Origin: Flaccisagitta enflata
Lineage: Eukaryota
Direction: 5' to 3'
Assembly: GCA_965153355.1 (NCBI GenBank)
Contig: OZ231126.1
Location: 5,890,001 to 5,954,000, forward strand
Length of the DNA: 64,000 nucleotides
The notes beneath the pieces were generated by a model. That model was not told where the DNA came from. It saw only the letters and a list, made by a program, of their open reading frames with translations, and ran no database searches. This document shows positions 39,847-51,279 of the stretch, piece after piece; the first letter of the stretch is position 1, and every line of letters starts with the position of its first letter. The translations under genes and the position numbers were made by a program.

Positions 39847-42800
39847 CTTTGAGGGGGGGGGACATTTTATATGCCCCTTCCAACACACCCAGGACAATAT
39901 CGTAATCCCGCGTTACTTCATATTTTCATTTGTCATCAATCTCGCCACATTCGCGTCCTCTCACCCACGACAACAGGTCGTCTTTATGAATGTGCTTCTT
40001 GTTTTTCATGATGGAAATGACGAGAGAGTTGAGTAGATATTGATCTTCCATCGTCAACACGGCAGATCCGTGATGAAGGCTTTGGTGCAAATAGAAGCAT
40101 GTGATCAACATATGGCGTAGATGAACCTCGTCCATTTCCGAACACAAATGCCATCCATTGTCATGAGTGTTATAGCCTGTAGAGAATGCAATCATGCAAA
40201 CGTTATTGGTCATCCCCAATGAATTTGGTTAATTTTAGAGAAATTTAAAAAGAAATGCCGCGCAAGGCTAGCGTCCATTTTCACATACACATGGAAAGAC
40301 ATGACAGTGAATGTTTTTCAGATTTTTTCATGGAGACCTAGTGGTGTTGCGCGTATCAACTTATCATCTTGGGTTCAAAATGCCCATCTCCACTCATTTC
40401 AGTCTGAGGGATATCGTTCCACATGTCATACACAATTGAATCCGTTGTTAACGTACATAACAACGACATAGCATTTAATGACCTGATTGCTGAGGTCATA
40501 AATAGTAAAGTCATGGTAAATGCTATGAACGCGCACGATAACGTCAATTTACCAATGAACATTTCGGCGCAGTAGTTGGTCTCTGACATGGTATCGACGA
40601 TCTCTTGACAGACATTTAAGAAATCGTCCGCTTTCAAATGACCCTGGTTGAGAAATAAGTTGTTCTTGCATGTAAGACAAAAATAGTCCCAATGGAAAGC
40701 CGGAGGGGCCATCAAAGATCAATGTGCTTGTGTGTGTAGTTTGTGCTCAAACTGTACATCCTCAGATACACCTAAACAGATAAACGATAGTGTTCACATG
40801 AGGTCAGCGTGCATGCCATCATTAAATCGCACATGTAATACCGATTGATGTTTGCTTTTGGCGACGAGAAAATTGAGAAAATAATCTCCGATAGATGGCG
40901 TTGGCGCTTGATGGCATCGATCGGCCGGCGGACGGCCAGCGCCGCTTTTAATTGGACTAGACGGGATATGAGTCACGTGATTGTCATCTCCGTCCAATCG
41001 AAACACGCGACGCAACAAGGACACGTCCAACTCACCACCTGATTGGCGAAAAGCGTAAAAGACGGATCAACATAAAAAAGACGGATCAACATAAAAAATG
41101 GGTGGGAAAAAAAAGGAAACAGAGGTTTGGCTGTTTTTTCCTACTCTATACCATCACAACTTATAATTTCAGAGACCTTGGCCAACCTTGGACACCGGGA
41201 AAGTATCAAGATGATGGTCTTAAAAACACATGAAAATCGAGGAAAATCGACGAAAATCGCGCCATATATTATGCAAGATTTTGTCAACAAAATAGGTGTA
41301 CATCCCTATTTTTATCCTTTGAACGGTTTGAATGGGTATTCATTTGGAAAATATGCGTAAATAAGTCAAGTGGGCCATAAGATAAGCTTTGGGGGTCATT
41401 TTTAGTCGCGTGCACGCGACTCTATAACCTACTCTGTCCGTCTGTAAGTTTGTCAGTCTGTTGATCCGTCACGCTTAACTTTTTTTGCTATTTTACGTTG
41501 TTTTAAGTCATTGTTCATGTTGTCTTTTAGTCTTGACAACTGCACATGACTTAGAGGTGTTGGCCTTGTTTACCATACAAACCTATCAGTACATGCAGCC
41601 TCACCCATTTTAGATTTTCTAAAATCTTTCTTCAGTTGCAAACTAGTGATTGGTTAACCTTCTTCAAAAACCGACCTAATGATGATAAATAAAAAATTGC
41701 AAATGTTACAAAAATGAATTGAAATTATCAAAAAACTGTACATGAAATTCAATGAAATTCATCATATTTCTTCATCAGTGTCATCTTCGATGGCTACTGC
41801 TGCATCAATAAGGTTTGTGCAATCTGAACCTGTGCAATGAGTGCAGGCCATTGTGCACTTCAGATTATTCTTTCTGCAGGACCATCGCAAATTACTACAA
41901 CCACTTTTGCAGCTACATCTCACCACTTTCAAAAGATTTTCAGGGGCTACTGGAAGGTCAGTGGCAACTGGCGCAAAACCTTCTTCATCAATCCTCCATC
42001 CCCAACTTTCAGGTTGCATCTCACTGTCCCACTCTTTCCAAACACAAATTTGATGATAAACTTGATAGCTGTGATACTTCATTGCTGCAGAAGTAGGAGG
42101 CAGTTAAATTAGTTAAATTGAAAAATAGAAGTACTGACAGACAAACAGATAGATACTAGTAATGGCAGCTGTCGCTGTGAGGAACAAAAGTCATAAGCGT
42201 TGTTCTTTTTTCATCAAGCTTTTGTCTTCAGTCACTGCAACTCTTTTTTTTTTTTGTTAAATCAAATTAAGAGCAATTGTATGTATTGGTTGCCCTGAAA
42301 ATCAGAGAAAAATAGGACTGAGCCAAATGAGCTAGATGAGCTAAAATAGTCAAAATCACTCAACCAGACAACCAGCTATGCTCATTGACATGCTTTCTTG
42401 TATTGGCATGCTTAAATCAAACCATTTATTTATCTGTTTGAAAATCAGAAAAAAGAGCAAGCTAAATGAGCTAAATGAGCTAGAATACTTAAAAACACCC
42501 TCACAGATGAGCATCTCTGCTCACTGACATGCTTTCTTGTATTTGTTTTCTTAAACATCTATCAATATTTTTGCTTATTTATCGGGAAAAAAGTCGAAGT
42601 CAGTCTTCGACTTTTTGACATATTCGAGAGAAACAGGGTTTTCATTTCCTTATGGGGAAGTTGAGGGAAACAATCGACCGAATGAGCCCTCCAATGAAAT
42701 TGATAGGGTAAGTAAGTTGGATAATTCTCTTCCATTTGGCACCAAGCAGGATGCTCTACAACAAATATTTTTCTTTTTCTTTTATTTTTTAAAGATTTAT

Positions 42801-44443
42801 TTATAAAAAATTCAAATGAATTTTTTTAGATTTTTTTAATTTTGTGTAGGATCAATAAAGGAGTGTATTTATGTTTATTTGAGCTTGCAAATACAAAAAA
42901 ACATGTTTATGAGCACAGCTGCTCATCTGTGAGGGCGTTTTTGAGTATTCTAGCTCATTTAGCTCACTTAGCTCAGTCTATTCTTTCTGATTTCAAATAT
43001 GATAAATGAATAAATATTTTCATACTTGATTTAGCAAGCAAAGAAAAAAACATGTCAGTGAGCAGAGCTGCTCATCTGTGAGGGCGTTTTTAAGTATTCT
43101 AGCTCATTTAGCTCATTAACCTTGCTCTTTTTCTCTGATTTTAAAAAGGATAAATATATCGATGTTTTCATTTAAGCATGTCAGTGTGTAAAGCTGATTG
43201 TCTGGTTGAATGATTTTGAGTATTTTAGCTCATCTAGCTCAGTTAGCTCAGTCCTATTTTTCTCTGATTTTCAGTGGAATCAATACATGAAATTGTTTTT
43301 GATTTGATCTAACAAATAAAAAAAAATTCAGTGACTGAAGATAAAAGCATGGTGAAAAATGACCAATGCTTACGACTATTTTCCGCACGGCGACAGCCGC
43401 CATTACTGGTAGTATTTGAAATCAGAAAAAAAATTGAACTAAGTGAGCTAAATGAGCTAAAATGCTCAAAATCACCCTCACACATGAGCTGCAATGCTCA
43501 TAAGCATTTTTTCTTGTATTAACATGCTCAACAAAACTTAGAATGACTCCTTTATTGATCCTACATAAAATCATAAAAAATGGAAAAAAATTCTGTTTGA
43601 ATTTTTCGTAAATAAATCTTTAAAAATTCATAACGCAAAAAATACTTTTCTCAGAGACTTCTGCTTGGCGCCAAATGAAAAAGAATTTTCAAATTTACTT
43701 ACCCTATCAATTTTATCCAAGGGTGCAATCAGCCAGATGAGACCCTCAACTTCCTAATAAGAAATTGAAAACCATGTTTCTCTCGAATATGTCAAAAAGT
43801 CGACTTTTTTCCCAATGAGGTTCAACCAGTAGCCCACCTGACCTGATTCTTGTAAATATTTTTTCAATATTAACAATTCTCTAGAAAAGAATGATGATAT
43901 GCACCTGTTTTCCTTCATTCTTTTTGATGTTTGTAAAATATCTTTTAGAAGGTTTTGGCAAATTTTGGCGATTTTCGCCTATTTTCAAGGTGCGATTACC
44001 TGTTTTTCAAACCATGATCTTGATACTTTCCCGGTGTCCAAGGTTGGCCAAGGTCTCTGAAATTATTAGTTGTTATAGTATAGATTAAGGAAAAACAATC
44101 AGACCTCTGTTTCCTATTTTTTCCGGGTGCTATTAGAAAAAATTCTATGTTGATCCGTCTAGCATGTGAAGGTGAATAGTGAAATATGTGCGCTTTCGTA
44201 GATTGCCTATACAAGGCTACAACTATGCGCGGTAAGGCAGGAGTGGGTGAGACGAACAAACTGGTAATTCACAATTCAGAAGTTTCTAATCAAGATTGAC
44301 TCACCCCCTTGCTTGTTGTCATTTGATGCCATGCACAATTTGTTGCAGAGAAATTGGAGTGATGGATGAAATGACTTCAAGGGTGATTTTCCCCCAGTAG
44401 GCACTCGGCCAGACGCTGTTGGTTGACTTTCAGCGTTGCCCAT
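36822..44443 (-). CDS. N-myristoylated TLDc-domain protein (Rtc5/MEAK7-like), ~568 aa, 10 exons
   Basis: Phase-consistent exons 44443-44305, 41038-40842, 40643-40553, 40176-39965, 39156-39084, 38949-38644, 38417-38296, 38108-37960 (GC donor), 37753-37608, 37093-36822. N-terminus MGNAES fits MGxxxS; TLDc motifs [28 protein letters not shown] and [10 protein letters not shown]-terminal [14 protein letters not shown]. Confidence 0.85.
39307..39845. repeat. (TG)n microsatellites with a duplicated ~70-bp spacer
   Basis: Directly visible; TTCGTTGGTCCGTAATGATTGAGTCA occurs at ~39244 and ~39441. Confidence 0.95.
41762..42110 (-). pseudogene. C-terminal fragment of an Academ-type transposase (LPT..AMKYH..VYHQ..W..PESWGW..APENLL plus CXC/Cys-rich finger)
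   Basis: ORF 41762-42082 has CSCKSGC...[24 protein letters not shown], lies inside the TIR element, and lacks upstream coding sequence. Confidence 0.75.
42588..43812. mobile_element. Nested long-TIR element with GAGCTAAAT subrepeats; related sequence at 33705-34445 in a BUD23 intron
   Basis: TCGACTTTTTGACATATTCGAGAGAAACA at ~42608 is inverted at ~43775-43804; similarity continues inward for several hundred bp; the same terminus occurs at 34385-34440. Confidence 0.6.
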
Positions 44444-44513
44444 GTTTGACGTGTACTGTCAATTTTGGTGACCTTTTTTTTTCGCTCACCAAGTCACTTA
44501 AAAAATTGTAGAA

Positions 44514-45091
44514 TTATTGAGGAGGAGTTTGTCTTTCTTTGTCTTTGTAAGTCCCCAAAACGGTTTCGTCCATTTCTGGGAGTTGCATTCCTTTTTCTTT
44601 CAACGCTTTCTTCACGCACTCTTGATAAACTGGAGCAGAAAATGACAAGGACGGGAAAGAATGGAAGTAAGAGAGAAGATGAATTGTTTTGGAAGAAATC
44701 CAATGGCAAAAGAAGCTCGATCATTTGATCATTCTTTTTGTTGATATCCACGCATCTCTATCAGTAGATATAACCAACTATCGGTTTATACGTCCCTCCG
44801 TAACGCTCACTAGAAGTAGAACAGCAAGCCTTAGAAACATCGTTGTAAAGCCAATGGAAAGATCAAAGTATGCATAGAGCAACGATAGAGCTAATGGATG
44901 TAACTGTAAGCCTGTAGTTCAGGATCAGATGCAGCATAGACTAAGAATGCACTTGTAGTTTACTGACCTTTAAAAACGGGCGCGCAGGTGTCCTCCTTTT
45001 CGCCTTTGAGAAACTTTTCTGAGAACCATTGATTGAAACAAGCCTCGTAAGATTTCTTGAGTTCATTGCACTCAGACCCGATGCTCTGCAT
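44514..45091 (-). CDS. TRIAP1: TRIAP1/Mdm35 twin-CX9C mitochondrial intermembrane-space lipid-transfer chaperone (absent from the ORF track)
   Basis: Exons 45091-44968 and 44629-44514 splice in phase 1 to MQSIGSECNELKKSYEACFNQWFSEKFLKGEKEDTCAPVFKVYQECVKKALKEKGMQLPEMDETVLGTYKDKERQTPPQ*, with the family signature CFNxWFxEKFLKG and two CX9C motifs. Confidence 0.95.
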
Positions 45092-45589
45092 GACGTCTTT
45101 CAAAATGGGTCACAGTTTCAACGGTGAGAATAGTAAAAGGAATGAAAACCTGAATAACAATCGATTTCTCACATTAAAATCCAAATCCAACGTGATGATT
45201 GGCGAGAAAAAATCTCGAAATGTTGGGCTCTTACTGTTGGCGAAATATCGATTGAGAAGGGACGATTCACAATCAAAGAAAGTTACATGGACAAAAGTTT
45301 GTAATCATGTTTAGATTCACAATTCGTACACATCGCCAAAGTAATGGAATATCAAAAATAACCTAATCACTGAATTAGAAGCAAGAGCGCAGAAAATGTC
45401 CTTGCTAGTTATTCCTAGTTATTCCTAGTTATTGCAAGACTAGACCTACAGATATCAATCAAAACAGTGAACCCTGTCCAATGAGGAGTTATGAGAGACT
45501 AGACCTACAGTTAACTATCAAACATTGAAAAGTTTGGGTGCCGCCGCTTTGAATCTTTCTCCGCGCTTTTTCAGTAGCCTTTACTGCAT

Positions 45590-48500
45590 TTACTCTGCCG
45601 ATTCCAAAAACCCGAGGCACTTGGCCGAGGCGCTTTCCGCGTCCGTCCAAAAATGGACGTCTCCGCAATCGCATCGGCTGCCGAAGATGAGGGGATAGAA
45701 GGCAACCGCGTCTGTACCGTCAGTAAAGGGATTAAGTCGTTCGTAGAAGCGGATATTGCCATTGTCGTCAGTCATGAAGCGGGAAATGACGTCCATGGTT
45801 TCGAGTCGATGCAACTTCTCTCGCCAATCATCAACCAATCGCTGGACCACTGTCGCGTCCTTCAGCTGAATGAATTTCCGTCTCGCGCGCATCGTTTCTT
45901 CCACAAAATTGATATCAGTTTTGTCCAGTCCCTTCCACTCAATTCCAATATCTGGGGGGATGGTGATTAGGTCCTTTTCATACAGGTCGATGGCGATAAG
46001 ACAGGTGCGAAGTTGACTCCACGCCGAGATTGCGGGCAATTCCGAAGGCGAGATACCGTAGACACCCTGACACGGCCATTCCCCTGAAATTCTCCAGATG
46101 AGGGGTTGCTTCAACGATCGTCGCCAAGCTGCCTGGTTCTAGCTGGACGGCAACATCGAGGGCCAGAGTTTTCAAATTTTGAAGTCGATCTCCACAGAGC
46201 CAGACAGATCGAGCCAAATGGTGTCCGTGTTCAATCCAAACGTCGCACCACAGAAAGAACTCCTTCAGTTGGAAACTTGCGGGAACGTTGTTCGGGAGCG
46301 GGAAACAGGAGACTAGAAACTCTTCGTCTTCGCAGAGAACGAACACCAAAGCAAAACGCCTGACGCAAGTCCAGCAGGACAGCGGGATCTCTTCAAACCA
46401 CTTTGATCCGATAGAAACTAAGATGAATGTGAAAACTAAGAATAAAGAAATCGGTAATGTTAGGGAATTCAATCCTGTCACTTTTTTTTCTCCCGCAAGG
46501 CGCAAGACAAATGTTCAATTCAAACTTTTTCGAGCCAAAACATATAAAACCAAACCCACACCCGGCCCTAACACTACTCCTAATCCCAACCCTAACCCTA
46601 AAACCCACCCATCTCTAACCCTTACCCCACCCCTAACCCTAAAACATTACCCGCTTAAGAACACTTAAAAACAAAAGACACGGATTGAAATCACTAACGT
46701 GACCAAGAAATCTATCGCCTAGGCCCTAGGGGGAGGTCATTTTTGCCGCATAATTTAAATACCATATCCCAATCTGGTACAATTGTACTATCATCTGTGA
46801 TCTTTCGTTTTTAAGACTTTTTAAGCGGATTTTGGGCAGCGGCCCCGAAGGGGACGAAGTCCTGTAGAACACAGGGGGAATCTGTCCGTCCGTCCGTCCG
46901 TACATCCGTCCGTCCGTCCCCCCCCCCCCCGCCCCACCCTCAGGGCTTTGTCTCCTTTGGGGCCCAAATCTCAACTGTATGGCCCAAATCCAAGCAAAAT
47001 GGCCCAAATCCAGCCAAAATGGGCCAAATCCAGGCAAAATGGTACAAGACCAGGTAAAATGGGCCAAATATGGCTATAAAACCTGAATTCTGGCCTGAGT
47101 TTTATCATCTTGGCCCCTTAAACTTAGATCCTGGCTCCCAAAACCGACATCCAAGCATTAGACACCCAGATCCTGACCTTTGGGACCCAGATTCTGACCT
47201 CCAAGACCTAGGTGCTGGCCTTAAAGACCTAACTCCTAGCCTCAGAGGCCCATATCCTGGCCTCAGAAACTGAAATCCTTGCCTTTGAGACCAAGAAATT
47301 GGTCTCTGAGACCCAGATTCTGGCTTCAGAGACCCAGATCCTGACCTGCTCCTCCCTCCACTTAACCTACAAAATATACAATAAGAGCAAGGGTACCATT
47401 GTCCATAAAGTGCCTTTTGTCATTTCTCCATGGTATTCAATGAAAATTTGAATGACAGGGCATCCTGGACAGAAGGAAGGCAGACAGGACAGACAGACAG
47501 ACGGATGGATGGACGGACGGACGGACGGACAGATTCCCCCTGTGTTCTACAGGACTTTGTCCCCTTCGGGGCCGCTGCCCTGCTCCCTCTCAACCTTTAC
47601 TACTTCCTACTCAAGCAGGGCACGGGTACCGCTGACCACTTACTGCCTTTGGGCTGCTATTTAAATTACGGTTAGGGGTGGGGTTAGGGTTGGAGATAGG
47701 GTTAGGGTTGGAGATAGGGTTAGGGTTGGAGATAGTTTTAGGATTAATGACAGGGTTAGCTTTAGGGCTAAGGGTTGGGTGGGTTCTATGTATTACGGCC
47801 CGAAACTATTCGAATTAAATTCGCTCTGGATTAGGATTCGGAAAGTAAAACAAAATCGTGCAGAGAATCATTCATTTTTTCCCCAAATCTGAACCATGTC
47901 ATAGTGACAACCAATCCCCGATCCATTCCCCGATATTTTAACGCTGAATGATTACAATCTTAATGAGGTTGTCTTACCATCGTGGAATGTGAAAGTGAGG
48001 GAATCGAGCGGCGGTAAAAGCGCAGTCGGCGTAACTTCAATTGCTTCAGCGACGTTGGATGATCCATCTCCCCGAGGAAAAAAGAGCACGAGGGACTGGA
48101 GCTTCACGAACTGCCCCAGCATAGTTCTCAGACGGATCCACTCCGCGGGGGTTTTCAACGCGAAATAAGCCGAGGATATGTTTGCCCACAATTGGAAGTT
48201 GGTCAGGGCAGAGAAAGAGGTGAGATCGAGGACAGGAATGTCGAGGGCCTCTACCAAAATGTTGCGCGGCATGAGTTGGATGTCCACGTTGGTCGGAAGA
48301 AGGGCAAGTAGCTTCAAGATTCTACGATAACCACGAGAGCGTTCGACAAGCTGAGACAGTAGTAGACAAAGAATCAGTCAACATTTGCAATTAATTCGCA
48401 TTTACAAGAAAATCCAGAATGTATTATAATCCTATTTCCTGTATCAATACCGAAGACTGTCAGAACGGGCAGATACGCAACCACTTCGATGTCGCATCAA

Positions 48501-50721
48501 AGTGGGCAGGGTGATCAAAGTGGAAATCTAGCATTTGAGCATGTAACATGACAACTGGCGAACTGACAGAGAAACTTAAGAGATCACCTGCACCCGACTT
48601 AAAACTTTCAATCAGCACAAAGATACTAACCAATCCATAAACTTGGAGTCCCAGGGTCACCGAGCATAAACTCGGCGAACAATCATGTTGCGTCTCCATC
48701 AAAGGCGCAACTTGTTCGGGGCTATTTCCGTCAAGTTGACCATGTGAATCTTCCCCGAGCCACACCTTCGCCAGGCACAAAGTTTTCAAAGTTTTGCAGT
48801 GGTATAGCAGGAACTCCACATAGTCGTAATAGACGTAATCGTGGATTGAGAGATGCACTAGTTGCTTAATAAGCTGAGGCGTGGAAGCAAGATTGAGGAC
48901 TTTGAATTCTCGGCTTGACTGTTCATGGTCATGACGATGAGAGATATCTGTTCCGTCATAATCAATCACCCCCGCAAGCTCAAGAGACTGAATCTGTAGC
49001 GTGTCCAGAGCTGCTGCAAACATTGGATCAATAGGATGACTCCGAACCCCTGGAACGGTCCGGTCCCCCTGTTCTGCTACTCGGACTTCGCCATAGGTGT
49101 TCAACCCAGGCCACAGCGTCAGAGACTTGAGATCCTTGAAGACGTGAAAAGGATTTTCGCAGACGTCGGTGGTCAGGCGCTCAAAAGGCGTCGACAGGGT
49201 GAGGTGCTTTATCTTTGGATGTCTTGTGGCGATTTTCTTTAACAGGCTGCTGCTCGAGTAAAAGCCCATTGGTAGTCTTAGGTCAGTGAGCTGACTCAGC
49301 TCAGCACAGCCGAACCACAGCGCCCTGTCATTAATAGAGCGAATAAGCAGAAAATGGTTCATACTAGCCATTCAGGTTGAAGATACAGAATTCACTGGAG
49401 CGCATGTCCAGGGACTGAGCAAAATTATGCCTTAAGATACAACTATTGGGTGCTTCACATAACAAAAGTTGTGAATTTCTCTTCGTCCCGCTTACCTCAT
49501 GTGGAATGGTTAATTTTAAGACCCTTACCATTTTTCTTTTCTTCAAAATCATTCATCTTCCGTTTTTTTTAGCGAGCTTTTTGTCAGACTTAATTTGCAT
49601 AATGCAGTGGGATAAATTGTTGTGCTGATGTTTTTTTAAATGATTTTTACTAATTCTTTTTGTCATGAAATTATTTATCAGCTTACTAAGTTAGCTCTTA
49701 CATAGTTTTTGCTATAATATTGAAGTATCCTTACAAATATTATGATTTTCCAATACAAATAACTGCCCTATCAATAACAAAACTATGAAAGGAATTTTTG
49801 ATTCCCATTGATTTCTATGGGTAACTTCAAGGTCAAAACAAAAACGGAAGATGATGGAATTTTTAAAAAAGGAAAATGCTTATCTTCATAATTTTGGTTT
49901 CTATTTTGTAAGTGGGACGAAGGGTTACTACAAATTTTTACTATGCGAAGCATCCAAATGCGACTACTTTACTGCCAATATAGAATTAACTGCAAAACCA
50001 CATGTGTAGTTAGTAGTTTGCCTTTAAGGGGGGCAGGACTTATTAGCGGGTGAGCTCCGGCGGTGCTCTACTAAACACTGGTATTCACTTAAGGCCATGA
50101 AGCTTTCAACATCTAGACTCATTTGCGCCAAGACAGACTTAACTCCTAATACCTGAAAGCGGCGGTGTTTTCCCTTCCCAACCACATCTCAAACATATCG
50201 AGTTTCCTTAAATTGGAGCAACGATGTAGGATGACACGGAGTCGCGCCAACGGAAGCTTAGTTATGCGGTACTCGACCGAAGAATCTGGAGCATCGTCCG
50301 GGAAGCGAAAACTTTTGCTTTGCTCTTTGAGGACGGAGGGAACGCGGGCTTTGAATACGACTTGTTCCGCGTGCGGCAGCGGAAGGAAATCGGCGGCGTG
50401 CGGCGGCGCGGCGTCGTAGCAAACGGCGTTGCGGCCCAAACACACATCGCGCCAGTTGACGGACGTCTGCGTCAACTCGGTCCGCCAGGACTGGCAAACT
50501 CCGGCGCAACGAAGACGATCTTTCGTTGACAGATAGGCGAATAATTTGGCCAAAATGGGAGGCGGCAAAAAGGCGAAAGACTGCGCAGGTAAATCTGGGT
50601 TACGTCTTACCGGATCATCTTGCGCCGGAGGAACAAGTGGAGACGAGTCATCTTGCGTCAGAGGATCAGGTCGAGATGGATCATCAGCGGGTCGTTTTGA
50701 ATTTATTGAGCCATCTTCCAT
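45590..50721 (-). CDS. F-box protein with degenerate leucine-rich repeats; apparent +1 frameshift in last exon
   Basis: Exons 50721-50153, 49363-48631, 48350-47978, 46417-45590. F-box motif FAFLPPPILAKLFAYLSTKDRLRCAGVCQSWREL-like in exon 1, followed by LRR-like segments (CSNLRKLDM, HPKIKHLTL, CKTLKTLCL, LQNLKTLAL, TPHLENF). The last exon changes frame near 46060-46085. Confidence 0.75.
49446..49958. mobile_element. Degenerate TIR MITE in F-box gene intron 1; family fragments also near 5420-5620, 8250 and 11930
   Basis: TTGGGTGCTTCACATAAC..TTCGTCCCGCTTAC is inverted at ~49908-49958; shared core AAAAACGGAAGATG. Confidence 0.6.
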
Positions 50722-51279
50722 GATTGATTGGTTGAGAAAAAGAGTTCGATTTTTGAATTAAAGAAAAGATTGGTTTGAACTGATTCTGAAATTTTAAAAA
50801 AGAACGATCATAACAACTGAAGATGATAATTCTACGGTCTGGACCGCTTTTTGAAACAACAAGCCATCACATCAAGTTCTGCAATTGTGTTAACCGTGAC
50901 AATAATATCATAGAATGCTAACAAGGAAGTTATGTATCCAAGTCCACCAAGAGCGTTTAACTATTATGGGTAGAGTTATTACCGCGCGTGTTCCAGCGTC
51001 TTCTAACACTCATCCTAAATCTTGGGCATCTTAAATATGTACGGAAAATACGTAAGGTTACGTATCAAAGTCCAGACCCAACCCACCCTAGAATATCACC
51101 ACGGATCTTCAAAACTGTAACATCCGGACCATTCGAATGAAAGCAGAATGTTTGGTTTACCGAATCGATATTCATTGATGCTCGGAAGTAAATCGTCTGC
51201 AAATCATCGGCTTAGGGCCTTTAATGAAAATCTCGCTTCGAGGTTTCGCGGATGAAAGGAAAAAAAGAGGAAACGAGGT

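Larger units (their letters stand above)
41059..44161. mobile_element. Non-autonomous Academ-like DNA transposon (~3.1 kb) in intron 1 of the TLDc gene
   Basis: Imperfect ~190-bp TIRs: (a/t)AGACGGATCAACATA...GGAAACAGAGG...TAATTTCAGAGACCTTGGCCAACCTTGGACACCGGGAAAGTATCAAGAT at 41059-41250, reverse complement at ~43975-44161; right end finishes ...CCGTCTA. No clear TSD. Confidence 0.75.

Noticed and set aside
38609-41030. Cluster of small orphan ORFs suggesting an endogenous virus
   Set aside because: They splice in phase with canonical sites into one TLDc-domain gene.
46560-47780. TTAGGG/CCCTAA-like telomeric repeats (also 15590-15685)
   Set aside because: Short, degenerate, and arranged as inverted arms of an intronic repeat element; not a telomere or fusion site.
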